Under the pieces are notes generated by a model, which was not told where the DNA came from, ran no database searches, and worked only from the letters and a program-made list of their open reading frames with translations. A stretch of 64,000 bases of DNA, from IMG/VR virus record IMGVR_UViG_3300029319_000003, positions 64,001-128,000 of that record. The stretch is one strand, 5' to 3'. Every line of letters begins with the position of its first letter. Position 1 is the stretch's first letter. A program made the translations under genes and the position numbers. The DNA comes from a virus. Positions 1 to 8,814 of this stretch are shown here, one piece after another.

Positions 1-88
1 TGTCAACCACCAACTCCGCACCATTTTTACATCCACTGGTACAACCTGCGGTCAACAATGCCATCATTAATATAAGAAAGTTTTTCAT
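1..88 (-). CDS. 5' end of a probable lipoprotein (runs off the window)
   Basis: Not in the ORF track. The reverse complement reads ATG at 88, MKNFLILMMALLTAGC-TSGCKNGAELVVD, preceded by SD GGAGG (97-101). It has a basic N-terminus, a hydrophobic core and a lipobox-like LTAGC. Confidence 0.65.
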   Translation of the reverse strand, partial: MKNFLILMMALLTAGCTSGCKNGAELVVD

Positions 89-123
89 GTTCTTTCCCTC
101 CAAAAGTAATTATCAGGCTATTA

Positions 124-157
124 AATAAAAAACCGGAGATGTAAAAACATCTCCGGT
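124..157 (-). terminator. Rho-independent terminator after the gp26/gp51-like genes
   Basis: 11-bp perfect stem accggagatgt (132-142) / acatctccggt (147-157) with a 4-nt loop, followed on the minus strand by TTTTTTATTT. Confidence 0.85.
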
Positions 158-189
158 CGAATCCAAGGTTGCCGTCGCTTATCTGGAAG

Positions 190-432
190 TTATGGTTTGG
201 GCAAACCGCTCGGCATACTTGGCTTACTTGGCTTCGATGGGGAGGACCGGTTTCCGCGACCCTTGTTCATTGCATCTTCTTCTGTCTTAAGTTGTTTTGT
301 CAATCTCTCAACAAACCACCTTCTTAAACCGACTGGAAGACTGTATGCTTCTGTGAAACTCCACCCACCGTAATATTTCATATAGAAAAACTGTTCGTAA
401 ACATTTTCTATGTACTTAGGACTTAGGCCAAA
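190..432 (-). CDS. gp51-like baseplate hub / tail assembly chaperone C-terminal ORF (reached by frameshift, or started at ATG 381)
   Basis: FGLSPKYIENVYEQFFYMKYYGGWSFTEAYSLPVGLRRWFVERLTKQL resembles short T4-like gp51 / GT-type extensions (W-S-x-x-E-x-x-x-L-P-x-x-x-R-x-W-F). It overlaps the end of the upstream ORF. The ORF-track start at 474 is unlikely. Confidence 0.7.
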   Translation of the reverse strand, partial: FGLSPKYIENVYEQFFYMKYYGGWSFTEAYSLPVGLRRWFVERLTKQLKTEEDAMNKGRGNRSSPSKPSKPSMPSGLPKP

Positions 433-1315
433 AAAAGTCCGTCGTAAACGGCACCTCCATCTCCACCTCCGCATCGCAGTGTACGCAAGCGAAGTTCTGC
501 TTAAGATCTACGTTAGGCATGAGCGCTTGGTACAGCGTCCGCAGATAACGGGAGTCTGAAGCAGGAAGGTTATCGACGGCTTTGTTGATTGTGCTAGCAT
601 CTGTGTGTCCCTCAACGGAGACAATCATTCGTCGCAACTGAATAGACAAAGTTGCTTCTGGCATCTTTGACTTCTTCCGCTGCTTAACTGAGTTTTGGAT
701 TGCTTGCTCGTCTGCACCGGTCATGGCACGAACCTCAAGCGACCAACCAGACTTTGGAAGCGTAATGACATAATTATTTGTTGTGTCGTTAATGCTTACC
801 CTCTCTAGAATGTCTGGATCCTCGCACACATCCAAATCCAAAGCCGCTTGGATTGGCGCGTCATTCAAGTCGAATGTATACTGCGACTTTTCACCACATG
901 AAGGGCACTGGACCCCGGTTGTATAATCGGCACCGTAGGCATCGATTCTGGCAGCAACCAAAAGCGCGTTCTTATCGCCAACCAGCATGTCACCCGGTGT
1001 TACCCGACGGTCACAAATAATACTGGAAAGCATACGCTCAATCGCGATACCATTCTTAAGCAAAGAACGAGAAGTTAGAATATCTTCTTCCTTTGCTGTC
1101 ATATGGCGAATTTCCAAAGTGGTTTGTCCTGCGAGCGGATGCTCGGCAGGGTATAGCAAACCCCTTGATGGTAATTCCACATGTTCTGTTGGAGTTACAA
1201 ATGTAAGTCCACCACCACCATCTCCACCGCCACCGGGTGGCTTGCGAGCGGTAAGGGGTGGATCTGAATCGGGGCGTTGCGTACCGCCCATGCGATCCTG
1301 ATTTCTTCTACCCAT
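416..1315 (-). CDS. T4 gp26-like baseplate hub subunit / tail assembly chaperone
   Basis: Motifs VELPSRG..Y, IRHMTAKEEDIL, GDKNALLVAARIDAYG, CPSCG and CVHC, and a C-terminal PFTTDFFW. It lies directly downstream of the tail tube gene. Confidence 0.75.
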   Translation of the reverse strand: MGRRNQDRMGGTQRPDSDPPLTARKPPGGGGDGGGGLTFVTPTEHVELPSRGLLYPAEHPLAGQTTLEIRHMTAKEEDILTSRSLLKNGIAIERMLSSIICDRRVTPGDMLVGDKNALLVAARIDAYGADYTTGVQCPSCGEKSQYTFDLNDAPIQAALDLDVCEDPDILERVSINDTTNNYVITLPKSGWSLEVRAMTGADEQAIQNSVKQRKKSKMPEATLSIQLRRMIVSVEGHTDASTINKAVDNLPASDSRYLRTLYQALMPNVDLKQNFACVHCDAEVEMEVPFTTDFFWPKS

Positions 1316-1356
1316 TAATCACCTCTTTTCTGTTGACAGGTATTTGTCTCTTTAAC

Positions 1357-1385
1357 AATATATCACCATTGTATTGGTATGTTAA
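1357..1385 (-). promoter_or_regulatory. sigma70-type promoter with extended -10
   Basis: The minus strand reads A-tract, TTAACA (1385-1380), a 17-nt spacer ending in TGn, then TATATT (1362-1357), about 40 nt upstream of ATG 1315. Confidence 0.55.
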
Positions 1386-1393
1386 ACTTTTTT

Positions 1394-1951
1394 TTAGGAT
1401 GAACTGCCCGGTGTGAAGAATGCATTGGTTCCCTGCGTACCGGGTCGGTTAGTCTCAAGGTAAGCCCAATCATAACGGAGTTCGATTTCCACGTCGGTCA
1501 TCTCATCACCATCGTAATCAAGTTCACCATACTTAACATCCTTAATCCATGCGTTCCAAAGCGTCCATGTTTCCACGGCTTCACCGTTTCCATCAATCTG
1601 TTGGATTTGAATTTGTCCAAGAGCGGTCGTAGCCTTTGCCTTAGACATGGTGTCCAGTGCGTCTGCGCTAAGAGCGGGAGAGTAGCCGGAACTGCGGATA
1701 ATTTGAGTTACAGTTGCGGCGGCATCGGGATCAACTGGGTCTGCCAGAGTCAAAGAAATTGTATTCCACTCAACTCTACCGGGATACCAGTAGGTGTGGT
1801 TAATATATTTATGTGATGTTTCAGATACCGTGTATGAAGGCTTTGCCACCTTCTTAAGTGTCCATGAAGGAATATGATCGTTAACCAAGATCCAGCGGTA
1901 CTGTCTCTTTGGATCTTTCATGCCTTCAGCAGCGTCAGACCAGAATGCCAT
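1394..1951 (-). CDS. gp19: Tail tube protein (T4 gp19-like)
   Basis: 185 aa with DPKRQYRW, KPSYTVSE..HKYINHTYWYPGRVEWNTISLTLADP and ETWTLWNAWI..V.YGELDY..LRYDWA; directly after the sheath gene. Confidence 0.9.
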   Translation of the reverse strand: MAFWSDAAEGMKDPKRQYRWILVNDHIPSWTLKKVAKPSYTVSETSHKYINHTYWYPGRVEWNTISLTLADPVDPDAAATVTQIIRSSGYSPALSADALDTMSKAKATTALGQIQIQQIDGNGEAVETWTLWNAWIKDVKYGELDYDGDEMTDVEIELRYDWAYLETNRPGTQGTNAFFTPGSSS

Positions 1952-1989
1952 TGTTTGTGTTCTCCCTTACAAGCGTTTCGCTATATCAT

Positions 1990-1997
1990 TAAGTAGT
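1990..1997 (-). promoter_or_regulatory. Putative late promoter motif ACTACTTA (tube)
   Basis: Variant of the ACTAWTTA motif found upstream of many structural genes; 39 nt before ATG 1951. Confidence 0.55.
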
Positions 1998-2029
1998 GAG
2001 GCGCAATACTTTACGCCCCCATATTTTTA

Positions 2030-5000
2030 TTAATCGTCAAATGACGCTCCACTATCCGTAATCACGAAGTCAATCGCAATAAACTCAATTGCACGGGCAG
2101 GCTTCAGAAGAATCTTAGCGTACATAATGTTTCTATCAATCAACTCTGGTGTAGTAGTGGTTTCGTCAAGGATGACTCGGAACTCAGTAAGACCGAACCG
2201 AGACTGGACACTTGCCAAGAATGGCTTCACCCGAGAGGTGAATCGTGACCATGTAGTCTGGACGTTCTGGTCGAAGAGGACCGTTGCAGCCATACGAGAT
2301 ACCTGCTTCTTGATGAAAATCATCAAGCGACGTACATTGATGCGGTCGAGAGCAGACTGTGTGACCTGAAGGGTCTTCTGTCCGAACACTACAATGCCTT
2401 CTGCTGGGAACTGTGCGATGGGGTTAATATTTGCCTCATACAGCAGATCCCGTTCCTTAGAGTTCAAGCGGTGTCGCACGTTCAAGACGGGGATACCGGC
2501 AGCACCTTCTGTCAGACCACCACGGGTGAATCCAGCAGGGGCGAACCAAACTTCAGTCTTGCGCTGCGAACTTGACATAGTACCGAGAGCCACGATTGAA
2601 GGTGGAGCCCACAGAAGTGAGTTCTGATCTTGGTCGCGAATCTGGACCCAAGGGAAGTAAGCACAACCGTAACTTGAATTCAAGCCGCGATCTTGTAGGC
2701 TACTCACCGCCGAGGACACACTTGGCAAACGGTTGGCTTCGGAATCTGTGCCTTCTGTTGAAGGAACATAGTCATTCTGAAGGTCGATAATTGCAAGAGC
2801 ATCAGCGCGGTTCTCGCATGCATTAATCATGTGCTCCGTCAAGCCGGGGTTTGTGATACCGGGCATTGCCATCAAGTTGCACTCGACAACTTCAGGGTCT
2901 GCAACGGAATCCACAGCACGCTTGATTGAGTTGTAAGCATAGTGCGTAAGGCTGCTCTGACCGCTCAGTCCAGTATTGCGGAATGGCTCTTGCTCCATAA
3001 TGTCAAGTCCATCGCAACCACCCCAGACTGGCATTGTGAACCGGTCGAAGCCGGATGACAACACTTGGTTGTAAGTTCCACTCACAGCGGTTAATGAGTG
3101 TCCACCCGAGCGGTTTCCATTTGCCCATGAGGCATGTGTTGTGGAGCCGGCGACCAGTCGCACATCGTCAAGAGAGAAGAACTCTCCATACTCTGTTTGA
3201 TTTTCTGTAACTGTCCATGCGCCTGTTCCAACCTCATTGGTGGTTGACCAAGGACGCCCAAGGTCTTCGTAACTCACATCGTGGCGAGCAGAGCCTGTCT
3301 TGGAAGTCATAAGACCCCAATAAGCATCCTTTGGATTGGAAACATCGCCCTGACTGGAACTCACGCGCAACTGATACTTCGGGAAGTGAAGGTCGATATG
3401 TGCGCCGGGAATATTTCCAGCCCAAATGTCGCCCTGACGAGCCTTCCATGTGGCTGTGTCGGCAGAGGCGCTAATAAGCACGTCTGTCGCGGAACCTCTT
3501 GCCGTACCCGTAGCGATACCCCAGTAGTATGAGTATTCATCGCCATATGCGAACGGCTGGGTAACCTGACTGCTTGTGCCGACGGTGTGAATATCACCAG
3601 AGGCGGCAGCGACGGCAGCAGGGGTTGAAGTCAGTGAGGTTGGATCGCCAACTGTGGCGCTCTTCCAGCGAGCCTTTCCATAGTATCCGAAAGGAAGGAG
3701 AGATGGATCGGTAACACCGGTATCCACATCTTCGTTCATTTCCATACGGAAGAATCGAGACTGGTTGTTGAAGCGACCATAAGTCTTGAATCGACCCTCT
3801 GAGTAATCCCAAGTAGAGTACATATCGCCAACCTTGCGAGCAACATAGTTCTCGGAGTTGGGGTTGAGGTTACAACTTGAGAAACGCTCAACGATCCGTG
3901 GAGCATTGTCCTTGTCGTTGGCACGACGCACAACAATACTGAAGGAGCCGTAAGGTTCAAACTCATTTGTTGATGCCTTAATGTCTTCGATAGAAATCTT
4001 AAGGTTTTGCTGTTCCCACTCGCCACTGTAAAGTCCGTGGAACTTCATCAACTTAGTGACAGGATACTCACCGTCGGAATCAGGAACGAACAGCGAACCT
4101 GAGCCAAGGTGTTGCGAGACAACCCAACCACTCTGGGCTGGACGTGCGCTAACACGGTTGTCAGACTGATCTGCACCAGAGGATGCCATTTGCTTCAGTG
4201 GCACCAGAGCCGCCATTTGTGAACCGGCAGCAGTGGTAGCAGACAAACTATGTCCAAGATACTGATCAAAAGTCTCTCCGAGCCAGAATGTCTTTACTTG
4301 CGCCGAATTCGTAATTGTATCGTTGCACAGCGTTGGGTTCGTGTTGAGAACCTTTCGGGCATACTTCTTAGATGCCGGTGCCATGTTGAAAGAAATTGTA
4401 TCTTGCACAACATCGGACTTGTTACGAACACGCAACTTAAATTCATAATCTGAACCATCGGATTGAATCCACATTCCTGCTCCGTCGCGGGCAACACCAG
4501 CCAAGTCGTTTCCGACCAGTGTCAGAGCGCCCTCGTCAGCGTAAATAACTGCGGCAAGGTGGGCATCGCCCAAGTCTTGAGCAGAGCCAGATGCGGCAAC
4601 AGGACCAGTAGCAAGACCATCAGAGGAAAAGTCCACGACAGTCATGCTGTTAATATCTTCACTAATACTGCTCGCTACGCCAGCAGCGCCGGGAATGAAC
4701 TTGTTGGTAACCGTGACTACAGCGTCAGCAGCAGAGGCACCAAGCATGTAAGCCGAAGAGTCACTGGCGGCAGCAGAGCCACTTACGATTTGCTTTGCAA
4801 TGTGTGTTGCAAGCGCAGCGTTGGTGGCGGCAGAAGCGTCAGCCTCAAACCATACCCAAGTGTTGTCAGGGGTAGCAGCATTAACTGAGAAATCTTGATA
4901 TGAAGTGGAGATGGCAGCACCGCCGAAAGCAGGAGTGCCACGGGCTGTGAATCCCTTGAACTCCATCTTGAATGCCTTCGATCCTTTAATTTCTACCTTT

Positions 5001-5929
5001 CCGCTAGCGTCAAGTTGACCGGCTGTTGAACTGCTCTTCTGGTAAATAACAACATAACCCGAGGATGGGCTCATGGTGCCAATAGCGTCAGCCACATCGT
5101 GAGCAGCAGAGCCACCTGTTCCACCGGTGAGCGAGTTTCCAAGACCGTTTGTGGTGTGTACAAAAGTAGTACCGACGACAGCGCCAAAGTGACTAGCAGA
5201 TGCATTAATGTCGGTAACAATGTTAGCCGCGCTCCAAGCACCTGCTCGGAGGTTGATTGTGTCTTCACCGGCACTGCAAGAAAGAATCAAGTTTCCGTCG
5301 CCGCCGTATGTTCCACCGGCTTCATAGATTACACCCCAAGCGTTCATGGATGTTCCTTCGCGGAACTTGATAGTATCGGAAGAGCCGTCTGCCTTGTATG
5401 AAATTTCAGAGTCAACAGCACCATTTGCTGTGCCGTGATCTAACAGTCGGGCGTATGTGCCGCCCATCGTCAAAGATGCAGTTGCGTTTGTAACGCCGGC
5501 AAAATCAGCGACAAACAGACCATATGCAGCAGCGTTTGCATTTACATTGGTTCCAAGCGTACCAGAAACCTTCCAACCAGCACGGGTTGCAGAGGCACTA
5601 TAATCATCATGATCAGCGCCAAGCAGCCTCACATATGTAAGCGGTCCAGAGTTGCGGAGGTATGCTTGTGCAGCATATGCACCGTATGTTGGACCGAGGC
5701 GGTTGCCTTCTCGCCAAACATCGCCACCCTTTCCACCGGGAACGGGCATTCCGAATGTCTCAACGAATTCAGAAAATGAATCGACCTTCGTAGGGACTAA
5801 ACCGGGTCCGCGCTCTGCGCGACCGATAACCACCGGACCCATTTCTGCTGGGGCTTTCGGTAGTTGTGAGTTATCAATCTCATTCAGGAAAATTCCCGGT
5901 GATACAAACTTAAACTTTTTAACTGACAT
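2030..5929 (-). CDS. gp18: Tail sheath protein (T4 gp18-like) with large insertions
   Basis: N-terminal FVSPGIFLNEIDNS..VVIGRAERGP; C-terminal sheath motifs SYGCAYFPWV, WFAPAGFTRG, LYEANINPI, GQKTLQ..SALDRINVRRL and PARAIEFIAIDF. SD AAGGAG. Confidence 0.97.
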   Translation of the reverse strand: MSVKKFKFVSPGIFLNEIDNSQLPKAPAEMGPVVIGRAERGPGLVPTKVDSFSEFVETFGMPVPGGKGGDVWREGNRLGPTYGAYAAQAYLRNSGPLTYVRLLGADHDDYSASATRAGWKVSGTLGTNVNANAAAYGLFVADFAGVTNATASLTMGGTYARLLDHGTANGAVDSEISYKADGSSDTIKFREGTSMNAWGVIYEAGGTYGGDGNLILSCSAGEDTINLRAGAWSAANIVTDINASASHFGAVVGTTFVHTTNGLGNSLTGGTGGSAAHDVADAIGTMSPSSGYVVIYQKSSSTAGQLDASGKVEIKGSKAFKMEFKGFTARGTPAFGGAAISTSYQDFSVNAATPDNTWVWFEADASAATNAALATHIAKQIVSGSAAASDSSAYMLGASAADAVVTVTNKFIPGAAGVASSISEDINSMTVVDFSSDGLATGPVAASGSAQDLGDAHLAAVIYADEGALTLVGNDLAGVARDGAGMWIQSDGSDYEFKLRVRNKSDVVQDTISFNMAPASKKYARKVLNTNPTLCNDTITNSAQVKTFWLGETFDQYLGHSLSATTAAGSQMAALVPLKQMASSGADQSDNRVSARPAQSGWVVSQHLGSGSLFVPDSDGEYPVTKLMKFHGLYSGEWEQQNLKISIEDIKASTNEFEPYGSFSIVVRRANDKDNAPRIVERFSSCNLNPNSENYVARKVGDMYSTWDYSEGRFKTYGRFNNQSRFFRMEMNEDVDTGVTDPSLLPFGYYGKARWKSATVGDPTSLTSTPAAVAAASGDIHTVGTSSQVTQPFAYGDEYSYYWGIATGTARGSATDVLISASADTATWKARQGDIWAGNIPGAHIDLHFPKYQLRVSSSQGDVSNPKDAYWGLMTSKTGSARHDVSYEDLGRPWSTTNEVGTGAWTVTENQTEYGEFFSLDDVRLVAGSTTHASWANGNRSGGHSLTAVSGTYNQVLSSGFDRFTMPVWGGCDGLDIMEQEPFRNTGLSGQSSLTHYAYNSIKRAVDSVADPEVVECNLMAMPGITNPGLTEHMINACENRADALAIIDLQNDYVPSTEGTDSEANRLPSVSSAVSSLQDRGLNSSYGCAYFPWVQIRDQDQNSLLWAPPSIVALGTMSSSQRKTEVWFAPAGFTRGGLTEGAAGIPVLNVRHRLNSKERDLLYEANINPIAQFPAEGIVVFGQKTLQVTQSALDRINVRRLMIFIKKQVSRMAATVLFDQNVQTTWSRFTSRVKPFLASVQSRFGLTEFRVILDETTTTPELIDRNIMYAKILLKPARAIEFIAIDFVITDSGASFDD

Positions 5930-5997
5930 GCTTTTTCTCCTTGGAACCGTTTGGCACTTCTAGGACTACTATTCTAATCCCGTGGTTTTTACTCTAT

Positions 5998-6005
5998 TAA
6001 ATAGT
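5998..6005 (-). promoter_or_regulatory. Putative late promoter motif ACTATTTA (sheath)
   Basis: Exact motif copy 69 nt upstream of the sheath ATG. Confidence 0.55.
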
Positions 6006-6053
6006 GCGGAGTTTGTCGAAAGACCATTTCGATTTCTAGAATTTACCCACTAC

Positions 6054-6875
6054 TTAATCGATTTCATCTGGAAACCAGATGGACTCTCTTGGAAACTTAA
6101 ACTCTACTGCACTCTCTCGTTTCGTAATGAAAGGTTTTTCGCGATTTGGACCCTCTCCGATCAAATGACCAAGAACTTTTATTTCAATTTGAGTTTGAAA
6201 CTTTCTCTCATCTTCACCCATGTCCGCGACGTTGTTGTCTCCCGAGAAGTCATCGCCAATAAAAGCCTCAAATTTGTGCTCTTCGTGGCTGAGTGTGAAA
6301 TAATTAACAGCGCCGGTCTTCGTCATGAATGGCTGGGTGATCTCATTCATTTGCTGCACATACTCTGTCCAAACAGAGATCGTATACGTCACATCAACAT
6401 ACACGGGCATGGGAATTGAAATCGTTTCGTACACCACTTTTTCGTTCTGCGGGCTGAGTTTAAAATTGATTTTGCCATGCCGCTTTTTCGATGTGGCGTT
6501 GGCGAAATTCTTTGTCTTGTCTTGCTGGATTCTTCTTGAGATGACAATGGAACCACCCTTGTAATCATTAATCTCCGAGATGTGTGCCCAAGCCGGTCCT
6601 TTGCGACCGGGATCTTTAACAGCACCTGTTCGTTCAACAGTAATGATAGGCAAAATAAGAGATCCATTCTTGTCTCGGAGGCGGCTATCTTTTTTAACTT
6701 GATGAACGCGCTCGCCGGCAACAAAAATAACAGGCACCTTCTTCCAGCCTTCGTTTGTGGTGGTGTGGATGTTTAGGGTGTCGTTAACCCAGTTGAACAT
6801 GCTGCGATCAATGTTCTCCATTGAACAGGGAGACACTTCAATCTTTTCTTTATATTTGTTATCCGGTATAGGCAT
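6054..6875 (-). CDS. Tail completion / sheath stabiliser (gp15-like)
   Basis: Motifs KKVPVIF..GER, ILPIITVER and PMPVYVDVTYTISVW; located between the neck and sheath genes. The start is placed at ATG 6875, which has SD GAGGGAG, rather than at 6941. Confidence 0.7.
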   Translation of the reverse strand: MPIPDNKYKEKIEVSPCSMENIDRSMFNWVNDTLNIHTTTNEGWKKVPVIFVAGERVHQVKKDSRLRDKNGSLILPIITVERTGAVKDPGRKGPAWAHISEINDYKGGSIVISRRIQQDKTKNFANATSKKRHGKINFKLSPQNEKVVYETISIPMPVYVDVTYTISVWTEYVQQMNEITQPFMTKTGAVNYFTLSHEEHKFEAFIGDDFSGDNNVADMGEDERKFQTQIEIKVLGHLIGEGPNREKPFITKRESAVEFKFPRESIWFPDEID

Positions 6876-7353
6876 TAAACACTCCCTCTCTAGCCTTACG
6901 GCACGTTGCGGTGATTTGGAACTTGTGAGGATCCTGACCAAACAAATATCTCGGCTGTCCTAAATCTGCGATTTCATAAAACTCGCCATCGTACTGCAAG
7001 AAGTCGCCTTCGCGAATAAATAAATTTTGATCTTCGGTCAGTCGGCGCTTGTGAAAATGTACAGTGATGTTACTAATCTTATCAACACCATAATTCGTAT
7101 AAGAAGTCGTTGTCTCGTTCTTTTCAACCAAGCAATGAATTCTCACCGGAGGCAAGAATGTTTTTTCAATCGCCTCGCCATACAAATCGTGAAACTCGGA
7201 CCTTTCAAGGTCAATAGGGTAATATAAAACTGTCTGACCGATGACGCGCTCGATCAACTCATCATTAACTTGCTTAACAAGATTTCTTTCTTTTTCCCCT
7301 GCAAATAACGGTGGTGGAGGGGCTTCTGGCTGGGACCATTCGTTGTCTGCCAT
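6859..7353 (-). CDS. Neck / head-closure protein (gp14-like)
   Basis: ELIERVIGQTVLYY, LYGEAIEKTF, GVDK..ITVHF and IREGDFL.YDGEFYEI; adjacent to the gp13-like gene. Confidence 0.75.
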   Translation of the reverse strand: MADNEWSQPEAPPPPLFAGEKERNLVKQVNDELIERVIGQTVLYYPIDLERSEFHDLYGEAIEKTFLPPVRIHCLVEKNETTTSYTNYGVDKISNITVHFHKRRLTEDQNLFIREGDFLQYDGEFYEIADLGQPRYLFGQDPHKFQITATCRKAREGVFNAYTG

Positions 7354-7366
7354 GTCTTAGCCCTCC

Positions 7367-8680
7367 TTATCCTGTGAAAATCGGCAATGGGTTTTGCGTC
7401 TGCAATCGAGATGATTGCTCCGCAAAGTCTGCGTCACCTTCAATTAGTTTTCCGTATGTCAATTCATCAAGCACGGTAATCAATTCTTCTCTAAGAGAAT
7501 TTTGCTCGTCTTTACCTGCGGTAATTAAGTCTCCACCATTCATCGACAAGTCGTTGCCGGGAATAGGAATCGAAGAAAATTTGCTACGCACCAAGCCAAG
7601 CATCTCCTTAGACAATGCGAGTGCGAATCGACGGATCCACTGCTTTCCAATAGAGTTAATCTTATCAAATGGCAAGTTTTGCATTGGCATCGTGTTCATG
7701 TTATTAATGCCGTCGATACCCTTGAAAGGCTTCGTTTCTTGCCAGTTATCTCCCGAGGTTGGAACTGTGAATTCAACCCAAAACTTTGCGGGCGAGCCGC
7801 CGGCTGTGGGCGTTGGGAAAAGCCTCAACTGATTGTCACGCAACTCGTAAGAATAGTGTGAAGTGCGAGTATAAATCGCATCTTCATATGCAGTTGCTTG
7901 CAACTTGTTGTGCCACACTGGGATCATTTCAAATGTCGATGCATCTGAATATTGCCCATAGTCAGCCAAGTTACCGATAACAGAAAGCCCGCCATAATAT
8001 GCATAGAAGTTCCACATGGCGCGGGAAGTTTTGTAATACACTTTATTAACAAGAATCTTCTGATCTCCAACAGCCCCCGCAAAATCTAAAGAAGCAGTGT
8101 TGGCGGCTGAAGATGAAATCAGTGATTGAAGATCGTAGTCTTGTTGTCCGTCTACCATATCAAAAGATGCAGAGTATGTACGGATATGCCCACCCACGGC
8201 AACTTCGCCTGAAGTGCCTTCTGCGATGCGGCGACCGTATGCGAAGTCAAAAATTGGATATTTTAGACCCAAATGCAGATTCTTATCAACCGAACCATCA
8301 TTAAATGATCCGGTAATCATCCCATTGGAATCAAAACTTCCCGTTGTGGAACCAAGAAGGTTCGACAAAGTATTCTTCGACTGGTGTACATTTAAAATAT
8401 ATGAGTACTCCAATATCGCCTCTTCATATGCCGCATAAATATTATATTCGGTCAACTCAATGTCCAAAACATCGCCGCCTAATTTCTTGTATACATAAGC
8501 AACCTGATCGATGCTGCCTGTTTTATACATTCCAATTTGTTCTGCTGACCAAATATCTGTGTCAACATAAACCCCAAACGGAAGAGGGTTATCTGATGAA
8601 TTTACGTTGCCAATAGTACCCGTGATCGGCAAGATCACAGTACTTGCAGTTTGGCTCGGAGTGAGGGTTGGTTTCGCCAT
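7367..8680 (-). CDS. gp13: Neck protein (gp13-like head-tail adaptor)
   Basis: KKLGGDVLDIELTE and C-terminal KQWIRRFALALSKEMLGLVRSKFSSIPIPG..MNG; follows the major capsid gene. Confidence 0.8.
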   Translation of the reverse strand: MAKPTLTPSQTASTVILPITGTIGNVNSSDNPLPFGVYVDTDIWSAEQIGMYKTGSIDQVAYVYKKLGGDVLDIELTEYNIYAAYEEAILEYSYILNVHQSKNTLSNLLGSTTGSFDSNGMITGSFNDGSVDKNLHLGLKYPIFDFAYGRRIAEGTSGEVAVGGHIRTYSASFDMVDGQQDYDLQSLISSSAANTASLDFAGAVGDQKILVNKVYYKTSRAMWNFYAYYGGLSVIGNLADYGQYSDASTFEMIPVWHNKLQATAYEDAIYTRTSHYSYELRDNQLRLFPTPTAGGSPAKFWVEFTVPTSGDNWQETKPFKGIDGINNMNTMPMQNLPFDKINSIGKQWIRRFALALSKEMLGLVRSKFSSIPIPGNDLSMNGGDLITAGKDEQNSLREELITVLDELTYGKLIEGDADFAEQSSRLQTQNPLPIFTG

Positions 8681-8705
8681 TTAATAATTCTCCACAATAC
8701 TGCTG

Positions 8706-8713
8706 TAAATAGT
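8706..8713 (-). promoter_or_regulatory. Putative late promoter motif ACTATTTA (neck)
   Basis: Exact motif between the capsid terminator and ATG 8680 (26 nt upstream). Confidence 0.6.
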
Positions 8714-8739
8714 TTGCCGACCATAGAAACACCGACACA

Positions 8740-8773
8740 AATAAAAAAACCCCGCTCGGATGAGCGGGGTTTT
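8740..8773 (-). terminator. Rho-independent terminator after the major capsid gene
   Basis: Stem aaaaccccgctc (8746-8757) / gagcggggtttt (8762-8773) with a 4-nt loop and a T-tract on the minus strand. Confidence 0.9.
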
Positions 8774-8814
8774 AGTATGTTTAACAGTATTACTACTATT
8801 AATCTTTGGGGGGA

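Noticed and set aside
2000-2017. Hairpin GGCGTAA-agta-TTGCGCC between the sheath and tube genes
   Set aside because: It has no U-tract, so it is not called a terminator. It could be an mRNA-stabilising stem, but a 7-bp stem with a G-U pair is weak evidence.
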